From Octopus vulgaris (lineage: Eukaryota), in the NCBI GenBank assembly GCA_951406725.2, contig OX597828.1, forward strand, positions 58,838,001 to 58,902,000: DNA of 64,000 bases, read 5' to 3'. The position numbers were made by a program, and so were the translations under genes. A model generated the notes under the pieces. The model did not search any database. It was not told the origin of the DNA and worked only from the letters and a program-made list of their open reading frames with translations. Shown in pieces: positions 27,620 through 40,867 of the stretch (the stretch's first letter is position 1; the number at the start of each line of letters is the position of its first letter).

Positions 27620-29607
27620 TGTCACAAACGACACAAAAACTTGTCAATACCTGGATAAACCAGATAAAAAGCTTTTGATAGTCTATCACATAGCTGGATT
27701 AAGAAATGTCTGGAAATGTATAAAATAGCGCCTACACTGCGAAACTTTTTGTCTGTAAGTATGAGATCATGGAGAACCACTCTGACTTTGAACAGTGACA
27801 ATGAATCTCTGAATGCTAGTGATGTAAGAATTTCATGTGGCATTTTCCAGGGTGACTCACTATCACCCCTCCTCTTTTGTCTAGCCCTAATACCTCTCTC
27901 AAAATTGCTCAATGATGCACAGTACGGTTATAAAATATTTGATAAAAATATAAATCATCTCATTTACATGGATGATTTAAAACTCTTTGCAAAAAATGAC
28001 CAACAACTCAAGGTCTTACTAGCGATTGTTAAACAATTCAGTGATGACATCAGAATGCAATTTGGTCTCGATAAATGTGTAAAAGCTACCTTTATCAAAG
28101 GAAAAATGACAGGAACATCTAACGTTAACCTTGACCAGCAGAATGTTATAAAAGAGTTAGACCCAACGGAGAGCTACAAATACCTAGGGGCACTTGAAGG
28201 GGACGGAATCAGGCATTCAGTGATGAAGGAAAGGATCAGGAGAGAATGTTATCGCAGGGTGAGAGCAATACTCAAGACAGAGCTGAAAGCGAGAAACAGG
28301 ATCGAAGCGATCAATGCTTTAGCCATACCAGTCGTGACTTACCGTTTCAATATTATTAACTGGTCAATTACTGAAATATGTAATCTTGACAGAAAAATAC
28401 GAAAACTGTTGACAATACATACAATGCACCACCCCAAGGCAGATATAGAACTACTTTATCTGCCAAGAAAAGAGGGAGGCCGTGGACTTTTACAATTGGC
28501 ATTAGCAATGAAGATTGCCACAATTGGCCTAGACACCTACCTGAAAAACTCAGAGGACTGGATGTTAAAACTTGTCTCAAAATATGAAAACAAGAAAGCA
28601 TCATACTCAGTAACAAAACAGGCAAAGGAATATCTAAATGGATTCCAAATACAACAAATTCCGAAATTAGACACACGAGAAACAAGTGCAGAAAAAGCTA
28701 AGCGCATGAAAGCCCGTGCTAAAACTGCTGTTGACGAAGCCCTTACCCATCAATGGCCAATGGCCTCTGGCTTAAAATCTGAAACAGAAGGGTTTATCAT
28801 AGCAGACCAAGATCAATGCCTACATACAAGGAACTACCAGTAGCCCAACATGTCGTGTATGTCAACATCAAAATGAAACCATTGATCATGTTGTCTCCAA
28901 GTGCAGTTTTCTTGCGCCTACAGAGTATCTCAACAGGCATGATAGAGCTGCATAATATATTCACTGGGTAATTTGCAAAAGCGTGCACTTGCCTCATGAT
29001 AAAAACTGGTGAGAACAAACCACCGTCAGTGCTTGAAAATGACCACATCTCACTCCTCTAGAACTTCACCTTTCAAACTGACAGAAAGATAGATGCAAAT
29101 AGGCCAGACATTATATTGAAAGACTTCAGACAAAGAACATGCCTCCTCATTGATATGACTGTCCCAATCGATATAAACGTATCTGTCAAGACCTACCAAA
29201 AACTGAGCAAGTATACAGATCTTGAAATAGAAATCAGCAAAATGTGGAACCTGAAGACTAAAACAATACCTGTTGTCATAGGTGCCCTGGGAATGATAGC
29301 AAAAGGGGCTGATTGCTACCTAGCTCATATACCAGGAAACCCCAAAATGGCAGAAATTCAAAAGATAGTGCTCATGGGAACTGCCCACATCCTACGTAAA
29401 ATACTTTCTATGTAATCTCAAGTTTTAAAACAAATATAATTTTCTTATGGTTTCTTAAACATTCTCTAGAATAACACTATGTACAAAACCAAATATATGA
29501 CACCCTAGGCATAACAACAACATGAACTTCCAACTTGTTGTCTCTTGAGATCTCTGAGTGAGACTTGGAGCCAACTTGTACAAATGCAAAGCAAAAGTCA
29601 AACATAA
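27620..29607 (+). mobile_element. 5'-truncated Dong/R4-clade non-LTR retrotransposon (RT, CCHC, RLE), degraded
   Basis: GIFQGDSLSPLLFC, YMDDLKL, GLKSETEGFII, CRVC..ETIDH, RHD, NRPDI..LIDMTVP..KLSKY; bounded by (TGA)/(TAA)n and (TAA)n. Confidence 0.9.
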
Positions 29608-29695
<88 letters not shown>

Positions 29696-29696
<1 letters not shown>

Positions 29697-31232
29697 GAGA
29701 GCTTGAGCAAGAACAAACATACAGATATTTAGGGATAAATGAATGCTCTGGTATTCAGCATGCAAGCATGAAAGAGAAAATCAGGAAGGAATGTTATAGG
29801 AGAGTTCGTGCAGTCCTGAAATCTGAACTAAATGCACGTAACAAGGTGTTAGCTATAAATTCCTTAGCAGTTCCAGTTGTTACTTATAGCTACAATGTGT
29901 TGAACTGGAATATGAGTGAAGTAAAGAATATAGATAGAAAAATACGCAAGCTGCTGAGTTGTAATAGGATGCACCACCCAAAGGCAGACGTAGATCGCCT
30001 TTACCTTCCCAGAGCCCAAGGAGGTCGAGGCCTGATCCAATTTGAACTAGCTTACAAAACAACTACAATTGGACTGGCCAAATATCTCGAAATATCGAAT
30101 GACTGGATGCTAAAGCTCGTGGAAAATCACGAGAGACGAAAGAAGCTTCATTCTATCATAAAGGAAAGCAAAAAAATTGCTATTGATCTCGTGCAGGATA
30201 CCCAAACTGAACAACCCGAGGGAAGTACGGCAACTATTGTTGCAAAGAAGGTGAAAATGATGGCAATGAAGAAAGCGCACGAGCAATTGGCTGATAGGTG
30301 GGAGGAGAAACCTCTGCACGGCAAATATGTGACCCGCAGCAAACAAGCTGATGTTGACCAGAAGCAAACCCATCAGTGGCTACGGAGCTCAGGGCTAAAA
30401 GCAGAGAGCGAAGGTTTCATCCTGGCTGCTCAAGATCAAAGCCTATTAACCCGGAACTACCAGGCCAATGTGATGAAAGATGGAGCAGACCCAAAATGCC
30501 GATTCTGCAACGACATGATTGAAACAGTGGACCACCTAATCTCTGGATGTAAAGTCTTAGCACCAGTGGAGTATAAATTAAGACATGACAGAGTTGGCCA
30601 ATATCTACACTGGCTAATAAGTCGGCATTACAATATCAAAACTGCCGACAAGTGGTATAATCACCACCCTGAGGCTGTAACTGAAGGAGAAAATGTAACC
30701 ATTCTGTGGGACTTTCCAGTACATACAGACCGAACCATCAAGGCCAATAAACCAGATATTGTTGTGAAAGAGCAAAACAATAAAGTTTGCTTATTGATCG
30801 ACATGAGCATCCCCTGTGATCATAATATCTCAGCGAAAGAGATTGACAAGCTCAGAAAATATAAAGACCTACTCATTGAAATTGAGAAAATGTGGCATCT
30901 CAAGGCGGTTACAATACCAGTGATCGTAGGAGCACTAGGAATGATCAAGAAGGGAACCGAAAATTATATGAGAATGATCCCTGGCTTACCATCCCTGCAA
31001 GAAGTGCAAAAGATTGTCTTAACTGGTACATCACACGTATTGAGAAGAGCATTGTCGATGTGAGAACTGTTGCTGCTCATGTATTTTAATTTAACCTAAA
31101 AAAAAAAAAAAAATGAACGAACTACTGAGTTTGGTTTAATGGCCTACCAATGTATACTATGAGTTTCTTTGCCCTAGGAGTCGGGAAGACACTCGGTAAG
31201 AAATGGAAGCAAATTTTAATGAGGAAAAAAAA
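29696..31232 (+). mobile_element. Second 5'-truncated Dong/R4 element with an uninterrupted ORF to 31063
   Basis: YRYLG, CRFC..ETVDHLISGC, RHD, NKPDIV..LIDMSIP..KLRKY; between (TAA)n tracts. Confidence 0.9.
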
Positions 31233-31265
<33 letters not shown>

Positions 31266-34089
31266 TAAATAAAGGCAAAAGACCAGCTATCTTAAGGGGA
31301 GAGATTTAGTTCATATCAATATTTACTTAGTCACCTTTAAAAAATATAGAAAAATACGAGCTCTCTTTGCATAAGATGAATGAATCAAATATGTTTTGTG
31401 AATATAGCAAGTCCAGTGAAATAGCCAATCACAGTTCAAGGTCAGTTGTGACATGTTTTACCTTCCAGACTGAAGTTGAGGAGATATGTAGTTATGTACT
31501 GCTCTGCTCGTCGTATGGGTATATGCAGGCACAAAATAGCAATTAAACAGCTGGAATGAACACAAAAGGCATATTTCTCTCTCCCCCCTCTCTCTCTCTA
31601 TATATATGTATGTATATGTATATATATAGGGGGTGCATTGTATGTATATATATATATATAGCTAAGCACAAACTATTTAATTTGTATAGACAAATATTGC
31701 CTCATCATCATCATCATCATCATCATCATCACCATCGTCCATTAGTCAAGCATTGGTTGCAATGATATTACCGTATACCTTTCTCATGCATCTGTAGCAG
31801 TGTCTAAGTTATAAACTTATTACTATTACTGTTCTTGTGTTTGTCATGGTCGAACCTGCTACAAAAACTCCCCAAGAATTCTGGATTTTTTTTACCAAGT
31901 GCAACAAAGAAAAAGTGTTCCTTTTTCTATAGATTTGTGCAGAAACCCTTCTGGAATGTAATGGAAGCCCACAAGCACTCCGGGTAATGATATGAGGTCT
32001 GTCACTTGTTTAAAGACATTTTTAAACTTAATTATATTTCTTTAAAACAAACATGTTTTTTGCAATTATTTCAGAAGCAGTGATGGGTGACAATTCTGCA
32101 AATAATAATACTATTTTATAAGCTAAAAGCTTGCGTACAGAAAACCCCCTTTTTTTTCCATCGAGGGCTTATATGCCCCAACATTAGAGTATTTTCGTTA
32201 GTTGATACACAGTGATCGTTTATAAGTTTTAAGCTTATAAAATATTATTTACAGAATAATTTTATTTGTTTATATTCAACTCACAATGGCTTCTAACTCG
32301 AGAAATGCTTCTTCAAGTCCGCTTCCGGCTGATTGGGACTCTACTAGTTTAAAGCTTACTATTCTGGCTGCATCACTACTGCCCCATCAGAAACAATTAG
32401 GCAAATAGCTGAAATAATCCTCTACGGTCTATTTCTTCACATCCCACACGCAACAAATACTCACAACCGCATGTATTCCAAATGCACATAGCACTTTAGT
32501 AACTCAGGGGTAAAGGACTACAATGTCGGAAAAATTCACCCATCTGCAAAAACTAGGCAGCATTTACTGAATACCACATCTCTTCAAGTCAGCTATCCTC
32601 ACCATAAAAGATGCCTCTCAAATCATCGTCTCGTAAACTGCAGTTATTCCTTCTGACCGGAATCCGAATGTATTTTATTTCTCAGCTATGACAGTTGTAT
32701 AAGCAGTGCTCCCCTTCACCTTCACCTTCACCTTCCCTGCTTACTCTGCAGTCGAAATTCCACACTATACACATTGGTAAACCTCCTCTAAAATCTATCC
32801 TTTTCAACCCTACCAGCTGTCATATTTTCCCACAATAAACTTGTGAGTTAGTTTCTCTGTCGCTCACCAAAATATTCAATTTCTTCATCTCTATAGGAAT
32901 ACATTGCAATCTCTGGAAACGCGTTACCATATACATATATAGATACACGTATACACATATTCACGAATACTCACGCATATTTTTATATTATAGTATATAT
33001 ATATATATATACTACTACAGAACTTTTCCCACGATGGAACAATGGTTTTTCTCTGACAGCAGTTTTTACATTTCCAGATGCCTTTAGCTTGGCTAAAATA
33101 ATGTCTTCACCACTTGACCCTTTCTAACCTCTTCTACTTCAATACTAGAATAGATAACAAGACCACCAACTAAATCTATTGTTCTCAATGATATATCTAT
33201 CCTTCTGGATCTTAATAAGCAAGCACATCCCAAACAAAAATCAGTTAGTCACCAACCGGTGACAACTCAACGAGGTCTGGCTGACCAACCTTGGTCAGAG
33301 GGAGAAAGCAACTGTGAGACAACACCCTACCATTCTCTCTAGCTCTAATTCTGTTCTCTTATAACATCATTCTATCTGTCTCAGCAATTACTACTAAACA
33401 ATGAAGAGAACCCAAACACAAACTTTACATCGCATGCTTTTTGATTTATCAACGTGTCCGTCGAGGCAAGGTTGTGTAATGTAACGGTAAACGACTACTT
33501 TCTTACAACGTCATGCATTGTTCATCTTTCACATATTACAACTTCACATCTGACAGTATGCAACCATAATAACAAAACTGTTTACAACAGCTGGTATCGT
33601 CATTTCATAACATTGTTTACCAAATCAATTTCAACCGCAATAATTTGGTGACCCTCGACTTCAACTAAAAACTTTATCATTACAAAAAAAATCCTCTGCC
33701 ATTACATATATATATATATTTATCGATAAACAAATAACAACAGATGGATAACTGTTTTCAAACGAATTTTTTAATTGATAGATAGTGTTATTACACAATG
33801 TAAGAAAAAAGGATCTGGTACAGGGTGTATTCTGAGGTACATCCCTGAAACTCATGGCATATCCCGTCGGGCGCCTGTGATTGTGTATGGTTCTAGAATA
33901 TTAATCCGTCTGCACTTCGGTATGTACGCATATGTCCCTCTAATATTGTTTTGAACACGATTGCTATTTCTTTGACCGAACTTGGTGCTTTACAGTTTAG
34001 GTGCCTAATTCATTCGAATACTGAACTTTTATATATTACGATAAGTATGTATATACATACATACATACATACATACATACATACATACA

Positions 34090-34155
<66 letters not shown>

Positions 34156-34194
34156 TATAGTTATAAAGTTTTATATATATATATATTTAAAAAA

Positions 34195-34771
34195 ATAGGA
34201 TAAAATCTTAATAAGATACAATTTGTTTATATTTGGTAGTTATGACTTTAAGAGTCCCTCCTAGCGTGTGGCATTTATGTGTAATAATGCCCTCTATACA
34301 ATATAGATAAATATTTTCAAAGAAAAACATTTACAGTTTTTTTCTCTTATGAGGTTTTTCACGCTAACTACTTGATAATTTCTTGTTAAGATTTCTTATT
34401 AAGATTTTATCCTATTTTAAAAATTTGTTCCGAAAAAGCACGTTGTCTCCCGAAATGCAATTCAAAAGAGCCCGCCATTTACATAAATGTATGATGGGTA
34501 AACATTTCCATATACTACGATGACGGCGACGGTTGTCCACCTGGTATGATGTTTTTTGTTTATTTATCATATATTTTAGATTCACTTCACTGAAGAGCAA
34601 GGGACGCGTATAACGCGTTAATTGCGAAATCACAGGTGATATGGAGCTAAATTCTGTTTTTAAATGACTCGCTTTGAGAATTGCATTCGGTACAATTTGT
34701 TTATATTTGGTAGTTATGACTTTAAGAGTCCCTCCTAGCGTGTGGAATTTATGTGTAATAATGCCCTCTAT

Positions 34772-34778
<7 letters not shown>
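34195..34778 (+). mobile_element. Retrozyme-like element with ~88-bp direct repeats and an internal hammerhead, between (TA)n tracts
   Basis: 34217-34305 matches 34691-34778 (one mismatch seen); 34195-34216 is inverted at 34394-34415. Confidence 0.75.
34585..34646 (+). ncRNA. Type I hammerhead ribozyme, canonical core
   Basis: CTTCA-CTGAAGA-GCAA(gggACGCGTataACGCGTtaa)TTGC-GAAA-TCAC ag GTGA-TA-TGGAG: all three stems pair; AUA cleavage triplet. Confidence 0.8.
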
Positions 34779-34826
<48 letters not shown>

Positions 34827-34828
34827 AG

Positions 34829-35009
34829 TCGCCATGATAGATCGTTAGCCACTACACATTTTTTCTCTCCTTGTTTTTTCTGTGTCCCTTTCTGTAGAAG
34901 AGCGTAGGCTCGAAACGAAAAAGACTTTTCTATTCCTGAGCGTTATACTAATACATCTGTTTGTTTTGTACACCACCTGTCTTCGTCTTTCGTTTTTTCC
35001 GTAAACTCT

Positions 35010-35012
<3 letters not shown>
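34829..35012 (+). mobile_element. (TA)n-embedded mini-element, hammerhead-like motif at 34888-34923
   Basis: CTTT-CTGTAGAA-GAGC gtag GCTC-GAAACG..AAAG. Confidence 0.7.
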
Positions 35013-35077
<65 letters not shown>

Positions 35078-35308
35078 AAATATATATGTGGAAATTATAT
35101 AAGTGTGTAGGTATATATGTGCATATATACCTACATACACACACGCGCACAAACACAAACTCACCTGCATACATACACCTGGTAGGCAACTGAGTTTCCT
35201 GACCAATGTTTTGTCTTTGATGTTCAGTTGCTATTCTAGCCAACGGCCTGATTTTACTATACCATTAATGTTATTTCCAGTAGATTGTCTTAGGGAAACT
35301 TATAGAAG

Positions 35309-35363
<55 letters not shown>

Positions 35364-35469
35364 AAGAGAATGAGAGTGAGAGAGTTATTTATTTCACGCT
35401 TCTTCATATTATGTTTTTTCGTTTGTCAGCGTTCTCATCAAACTTCGTTATTGTACCTTCATACACTAT

Positions 35470-35865
35470 TTTACTTGTTTCAGTCATTTCACTGTGGCCA
35501 TGCTGGAGCACTGCCTTTAGTCGAGAAAATCGACCCTAGGACTTATTCTTTGTAAGCGTAATACTTAATCTATCGTTCTCTTTTGCCGAACCGCTAAGTT
35601 ACGGGGATGTAAACAGACCACCATCGGTTGTCAAGCGATGTTGGGGGGACAAACAGAGACACACAAACACACACATACATATACATATACATACATTTGT
35701 ACGACGGGCTTCTTTCAGTTTCCGTCTACCAAATCCACTCACCAGGCTTTGGTCGGCCCGAGGCTATAGTAGAAGACACTTGCCCAAGGTGCCACGCAGT
35801 GGGACTTAACCAAGAACCATGTGGTTCATAAGCAAGCTACTTACCACACAGCCACTCCTGCGCCT
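35470..35865 (-). mobile_element. SINE family B, full length
   Basis: tRNA head at ~35790-35865, internal (CA)/(TA) tract, 3' tail. Confidence 0.9.
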
Positions 35866-38800
35866 ATATGGCTGCAAAAATAAGCAATGGTTACCTGTTA
35901 AATCGCAGTCAGATTTCATTTAGTTGTAATGTCGATAGATCTGGTCTAAATGACTTCACTCTTAATTTTAGTCACAAGTTTTCTTTTACACAACTTTTCA
36001 TTTATTTCAGATAACCCATCAATTCCTCATCCCGTGATGGAGGTAACGGTGCTCACAGAGGAATATGTGATATCATTAATACCGGAGAAGTTTGTGACCT
36101 TGTGATTGGAGTGTTGCAACAGCACCGAGCGGTGAGTTGAGTTTTTGACTAAAACAACTTCGTCTCATGTTGTTCTGTGAGCTCTTGACATTTAGCATGG
36201 CCGTATATCTGTACAGGCAATGTCGATTTGATGGAAGGTCAATGGCTAATGTACAGTAAAAACATCTGACTGCTATAAACAAATCATCTGCGCAGGTCGG
36301 TCAACAAAAAGTTGCAGAACTCTCATTTGTCGTCTACGACAACAGAGCCCACCAAATACTGAAGAGAGCAAGAAGTTTCGCTAACAGGTTTTTATATCCT
36401 TTCCTCTATGTTTGTTACACAATGGTGAGGTTGCTTCTTCTTGAATTTGTAGTTTTGGTTACGATTATTTTACTTTGGTAGCTCGCTTCTGGTTGTTGCT
36501 GGTGTCTCTTGAAGCAGATGTCCTATAAAATGACCCTAAGAACTTTAAATGAAGCATTTTGGTTGCGTACACTTCATGACTTATAAGAAATGTGTCAGCT
36601 ATGATTTTAGATATCTTAGATGTCTCAGGTGACATCAATACCTGGAATCCTAGAACCATTTCAAGTCTTACTTTCAAAAACCGGCCCTCTATGACTTTCC
36701 AACTTATATTTCAAGATAATCACGAGTAAGATATATTTATTGCAGATGAATAAAAATATTTATTTATATGTAATGTTGCTTAGCCCCACATTAACCTTGA
36801 CTGAGAAGCCTTTTATCAAAAACATTTCACACAAGATATCCCAAGATTTCAGATGCTTTAAAATCGTTCTTTTATTGGTTTGGCGGACGGAACTAGACCA
36901 TTTTATGTGGCTTTCTTTGTTTAAAGTGATAAAAATTGACTTCGGGCAAATTTGGCTGCTATTTCTAGTAGAGAAAGCAACCAACCAAATAGAAACACCT
37001 CTCTAATTCGACTTACTGATGACTCAGACACAAAAAATTGTCGGATATCTGATCTTGTTGTCTACTTCAAGTTATGTAGGTCTCTATTTATAGCAATTAA
37101 GGACATAAACAACGAAAAAAAAAAAAACAGTAAAAGCAACAAGCAAAATATAAAGTGAATGTATTAAACATCATGGGAGAAGAGAAAGATACGGTTGACA
37201 TTTCAGGCAATAATTGTCAAAATAGAAAGCTGGAGAAGACAAAGAGTTGTAAAAGAGGAAAGAATAAATACTTCTTTCAGAGTTGTTACATCCTGGAATG
37301 GTAAAGAGGAAGCGGTTGAGATGAAAAGTGAATATTTCAAAGAATAATTAAGATTAATTAAGCGTGAGAGGCAAACATGGTAGAAGGTAGAGTGGTGAAA
37401 CGAAGTATATGTTTGTGTGTGTAGGTTTGTGTGGACACAGAAGTGCATGTGTTAGCATTATAAGTGGGATAATGAATTCTTGGGTGTATATATATATATA
37501 TATCTAAGGCATCATTTTATGGGTGTTTATGTGGGAGAGGGATGTACATTGAAGTAAATGAAATAGTTTATGTATGAAGTATGCATAAGCGTACGAGTGA
37601 GGGAGAGAGAGAGAGAGAGGGGAGAGTAATGGAGAAGAGTGAGAGAGAGGCGGGGAGCGGAAATTGAGTCGAGTGTGTGAGCAAAGCTGTACACGAGTGT
37701 TAGTGGGTGGTGATTGTGAAGAGCTTTTTTTTTCGTAACCTGGTGTGAATGTATTATGTAAAGTTGGAGCAGCATGAGTTTATCGGCAAAAAAAGGCGAG
37801 TGGATGCGTGTGTATTTGCGTGCAGTAAATCTATGAATTCAACATGAATAATGAAGTTCACTGTGTGTGTATATGTGTGTGTGCGTGCGCGCATGCGCAT
37901 GTATGTGCAAGCGTAAAGCGTAAAATATGGTGTTTTAGAAGTCAGTAGTTTGTTAAGAATGGCAGAAGCAGTTGTGGTTAGGTAGAAGATAAGTTATTAT
38001 TCACAAAGAAACTGAGAAACGGAGGTACAACAGAGCAGTATAATTCCCAAAATAGCGAAAATGCAGATAGAAATGTTTTGAAGAATTGAAGTGAGGTCAC
38101 ATACCTTGACTGGTTCGCTGTTGCTGCATTGGAGATTCCGCAAACATTTTATAACATGATTAGTCAAAGAGTGGCCAGTATTAGCCAATATTCAGTAAAC
38201 CCTACAGTAGGTTTATTCAATGTAAATTTTTGAGGTGCAAACGAAGTGAATCATAATATGGAAAAGTGACTCAGGTACGAATTAAGTTGCAGAATTGTCG
38301 ACATAGTAACATGTATTAAAACAAGAGTAAGAGCGGGCAAATGACCCAGGTTGGGTTTGTGAGTAGTAAAAAAGGAACTGTGGACTATAAATCCATCATC
38401 TAGATTGCAGTTGTGTGAGGATGACAGAAAAGGATGTTGAAGTGTTGGTATATTTACATAGGACTAAACAAGTTATTAGCATTGCTGAATTAATGTCATC
38501 GACTGAGAGGAATCTGTGACATTTGAGCGTTTCTCTTTGCATTCTAAATCTTGTTGCCGCGCTCAACTTCTTATGGGTTTCGCTCTACTTTTGCCGGCGA
38601 AACGTTCTACATGTACGTTCGATTTCGGGGATAGCAAATAATTAAGAACAATAGTTGCACTGCTTTGCATGAGTTAAAAATCCAGGTAAACCAAGTTGGC
38701 TAGTTTTATTTTTAAGCCTGGATGAAGCAAAGTTACTTCATTTACGTCACTTAGACTCTCAAAGAACAGATAAAAGACACATTCTTTTACTTTACGTTTT

Positions 38801-39407
38801 TCTTTAAAATCTGAAGCTAATTGAAGAAATAAATATTTGGAATCTGAAATATAAACTTAAATGAATTAGGTGGAATTTTTTCCATTCTTTTTACCTTTTA
38901 GCTGTTTCATTTTCTTTGCAGGTTTTTGGATAAAGTTTACGAAAGGAAACGAAAACAAAACAACAAATAAAAAGGTGTAAATAATTAAAACAACGAATAC
39001 CTTATATCTGACGACAGTAGTGGTAGTAGTAGTAGAAGTAGCAGTAGTAGTAGAAGTAGTAGTAGAAGTAGTAGCAGCAGTAGTAATAGTAGCGGTAGTA
39101 GCAGAAGTAGTGGTAGAAGTAGTAGCAGCAGTAGTAGTAGCAGTAGAAGTATGAATGGATGGATGATTGAATGATATAATGTATGAACTGGATTGCTTTT
39201 AGAGTCTAACTGTACAAATGGTGAACTCATAAAGATATATCAAGTAAAATCAATTTTATCTCTTGTCAAACGAGTCAAACGGCAAAGTGAAATCATTCGA
39301 TAAAATCTACATTCTTTGAAGAAGGAAAAAAAATTATGCTTCTAATATCAAAAGATTAGAGTGAGGTGAAACAACAGCAACAACAATAACGACAACAGCA
39401 ACAACGG

Positions 39408-39871
39408 TGGAGGCGCAATGGCCCAGTGGTTAGGGCAGCGAATTCGCGGTCGTAAGAACGCGGTTTCGATTCCCAGACCGGGCATTGGGAGTGTTTATTG
39501 AGCAAAAACTCCTAAACTCCACGAAGTTCCGGCGGGGAGTGGTGGTGAACCCCGCTGTACTCTTTCACCACAACTTTCACTCTTTTTTTCCCCTACTTCT
39601 GCCACAAAGCAGAGGAACTATGGTGTGGTAAACTTTCAGACCCTAGTCTAGATTGTCTGTACCCCAGGATAGTTCAGCTCTCCACCCGTTAAAAGCCACC
39701 GTTTATGGAATGAGGATAACAACGTAGCTTCCGCGCCCGTGCAACCGCCAGTCTATCGCATGTGGTGGGTGGATCTTCAAGTTGCCACACGCACTCTTAG
39801 TAGCTTAGAGTAGGCTCGAATGAGAGATTATTCTTTGTGGCTAATCGCGTGAGTCCTGATTGGAAGAAGAA
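39408..39871 (+). mobile_element. tRNA-derived SINE (family of 6786)
   Basis: Co-linear with 6786-7250. Confidence 0.85.
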
Positions 39872-40054
39872 GGCAGCACCAACAATGATCATTATTATTA
39901 TATTATCATAGTTTTTAAGATTATTACTTTCATCCTTTCGGTGTCGATAAAATAAGTAGTAGTTGATCACTGGGGTCGACGTAAGCGACTCATCCCCTCC
40001 CCTCAAATTTCTGCCCTTTTGGCAAAATTTGAAACCATCATCATCACCACCACT

Positions 40055-40085
<31 letters not shown>

Positions 40086-40112
40086 TCATCATCATTATTA
40101 TTATTATTATTA

Positions 40113-40322
40113 ATGCGGCTAGCTGGTAGAATCGTTAGCACGTCGGGCAAAATGCTTAGCAGCATTTCGCCCGTCTTTACGTTCCGAGTTCAAATTCCGT
40201 CGAGGTCGACTTTGCCTTTCATCCTTTTCGGGTCGATAAAATAAGTACCAGCTGAGCCCTGGAGTCAATGTAATCGACTCCCCCTCCTCTCAAAAACTGC
40301 TGACCCTCTGCCAATATTTGAA
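40113..40322 (+). mobile_element. SINE family A variant
   Basis: gctggtagaatcgttagc...gagttcaaattcc...ggggtcgataaa. Confidence 0.8.
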
Positions 40323-40439
40323 ATCATTATTATTATTATTATTATTATTGTTGTTGTTGTTGTTGTTTTTGTTGTTGTTGTTATTATTATTGTTATTATT
40401 ATTATCATCATTATTTTCTATTATCATTATTATTGAACC

Positions 40440-40867
40440 ATGGAACTACGTCTTAGATACCTGATATTATTGGTTGTTTTGGTGGTAATAGTAAATATAT
40501 TAGCGACTGTAAAGATATTCCAAAGTAACAAGCTATATTCACCGCTCAGTCTCTTCCACAAATATCAACATTCACAACTATGGAATACCACATCATCAAA
40601 ACAAAAATTAGAATTCCCAAATAAAGAGAACATTACCAGTAACTCTAGTAAAAAATTAAGTCTTAAAACAGACAATTCTGGAAACCCGCTTATCTATAAT
40701 TATGGTAAAAATAACTTGAGTTTGAAAGGTGAGAACGGAAGTGGGGTGATTTTAAAACCAAAAGAGGAAGAAAAGGCGAAAATTCTGAGTGAAGAATACA
40801 ACGTCAACGTATATATAAGTGATCTTATACCGTTAAACCGGATGGTGCCTGATTCAAGACCTGTCGG
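40440..40867 (+). CDS. GALNT: Polypeptide N-acetylgalactosaminyltransferase (GT27), exon 1 (TM + stem)
   Basis: Type II TM YLILLVVLVVIVNILATV; YNVNVYISDLIPLNRMVPDSRP; gtaagt donor, phase 2. Confidence 0.9.

Noticed and set aside
29558-29695. N-terminal poly-Ile part of the 501-aa ORF
   Set aside because: It is the (TAA)n tract read in the ATA frame plus the 3' UTR of the upstream element, not part of the protein
32300-32900. C-rich stretch suggestive of a decayed LINE endonuclease
   Set aside because: No diagnostic motif could be read with confidence
37200-38800. Possible very old retroelement on the - strand
   Set aside because: Only vague motif hints (DDGFIV); no sustained reading frame
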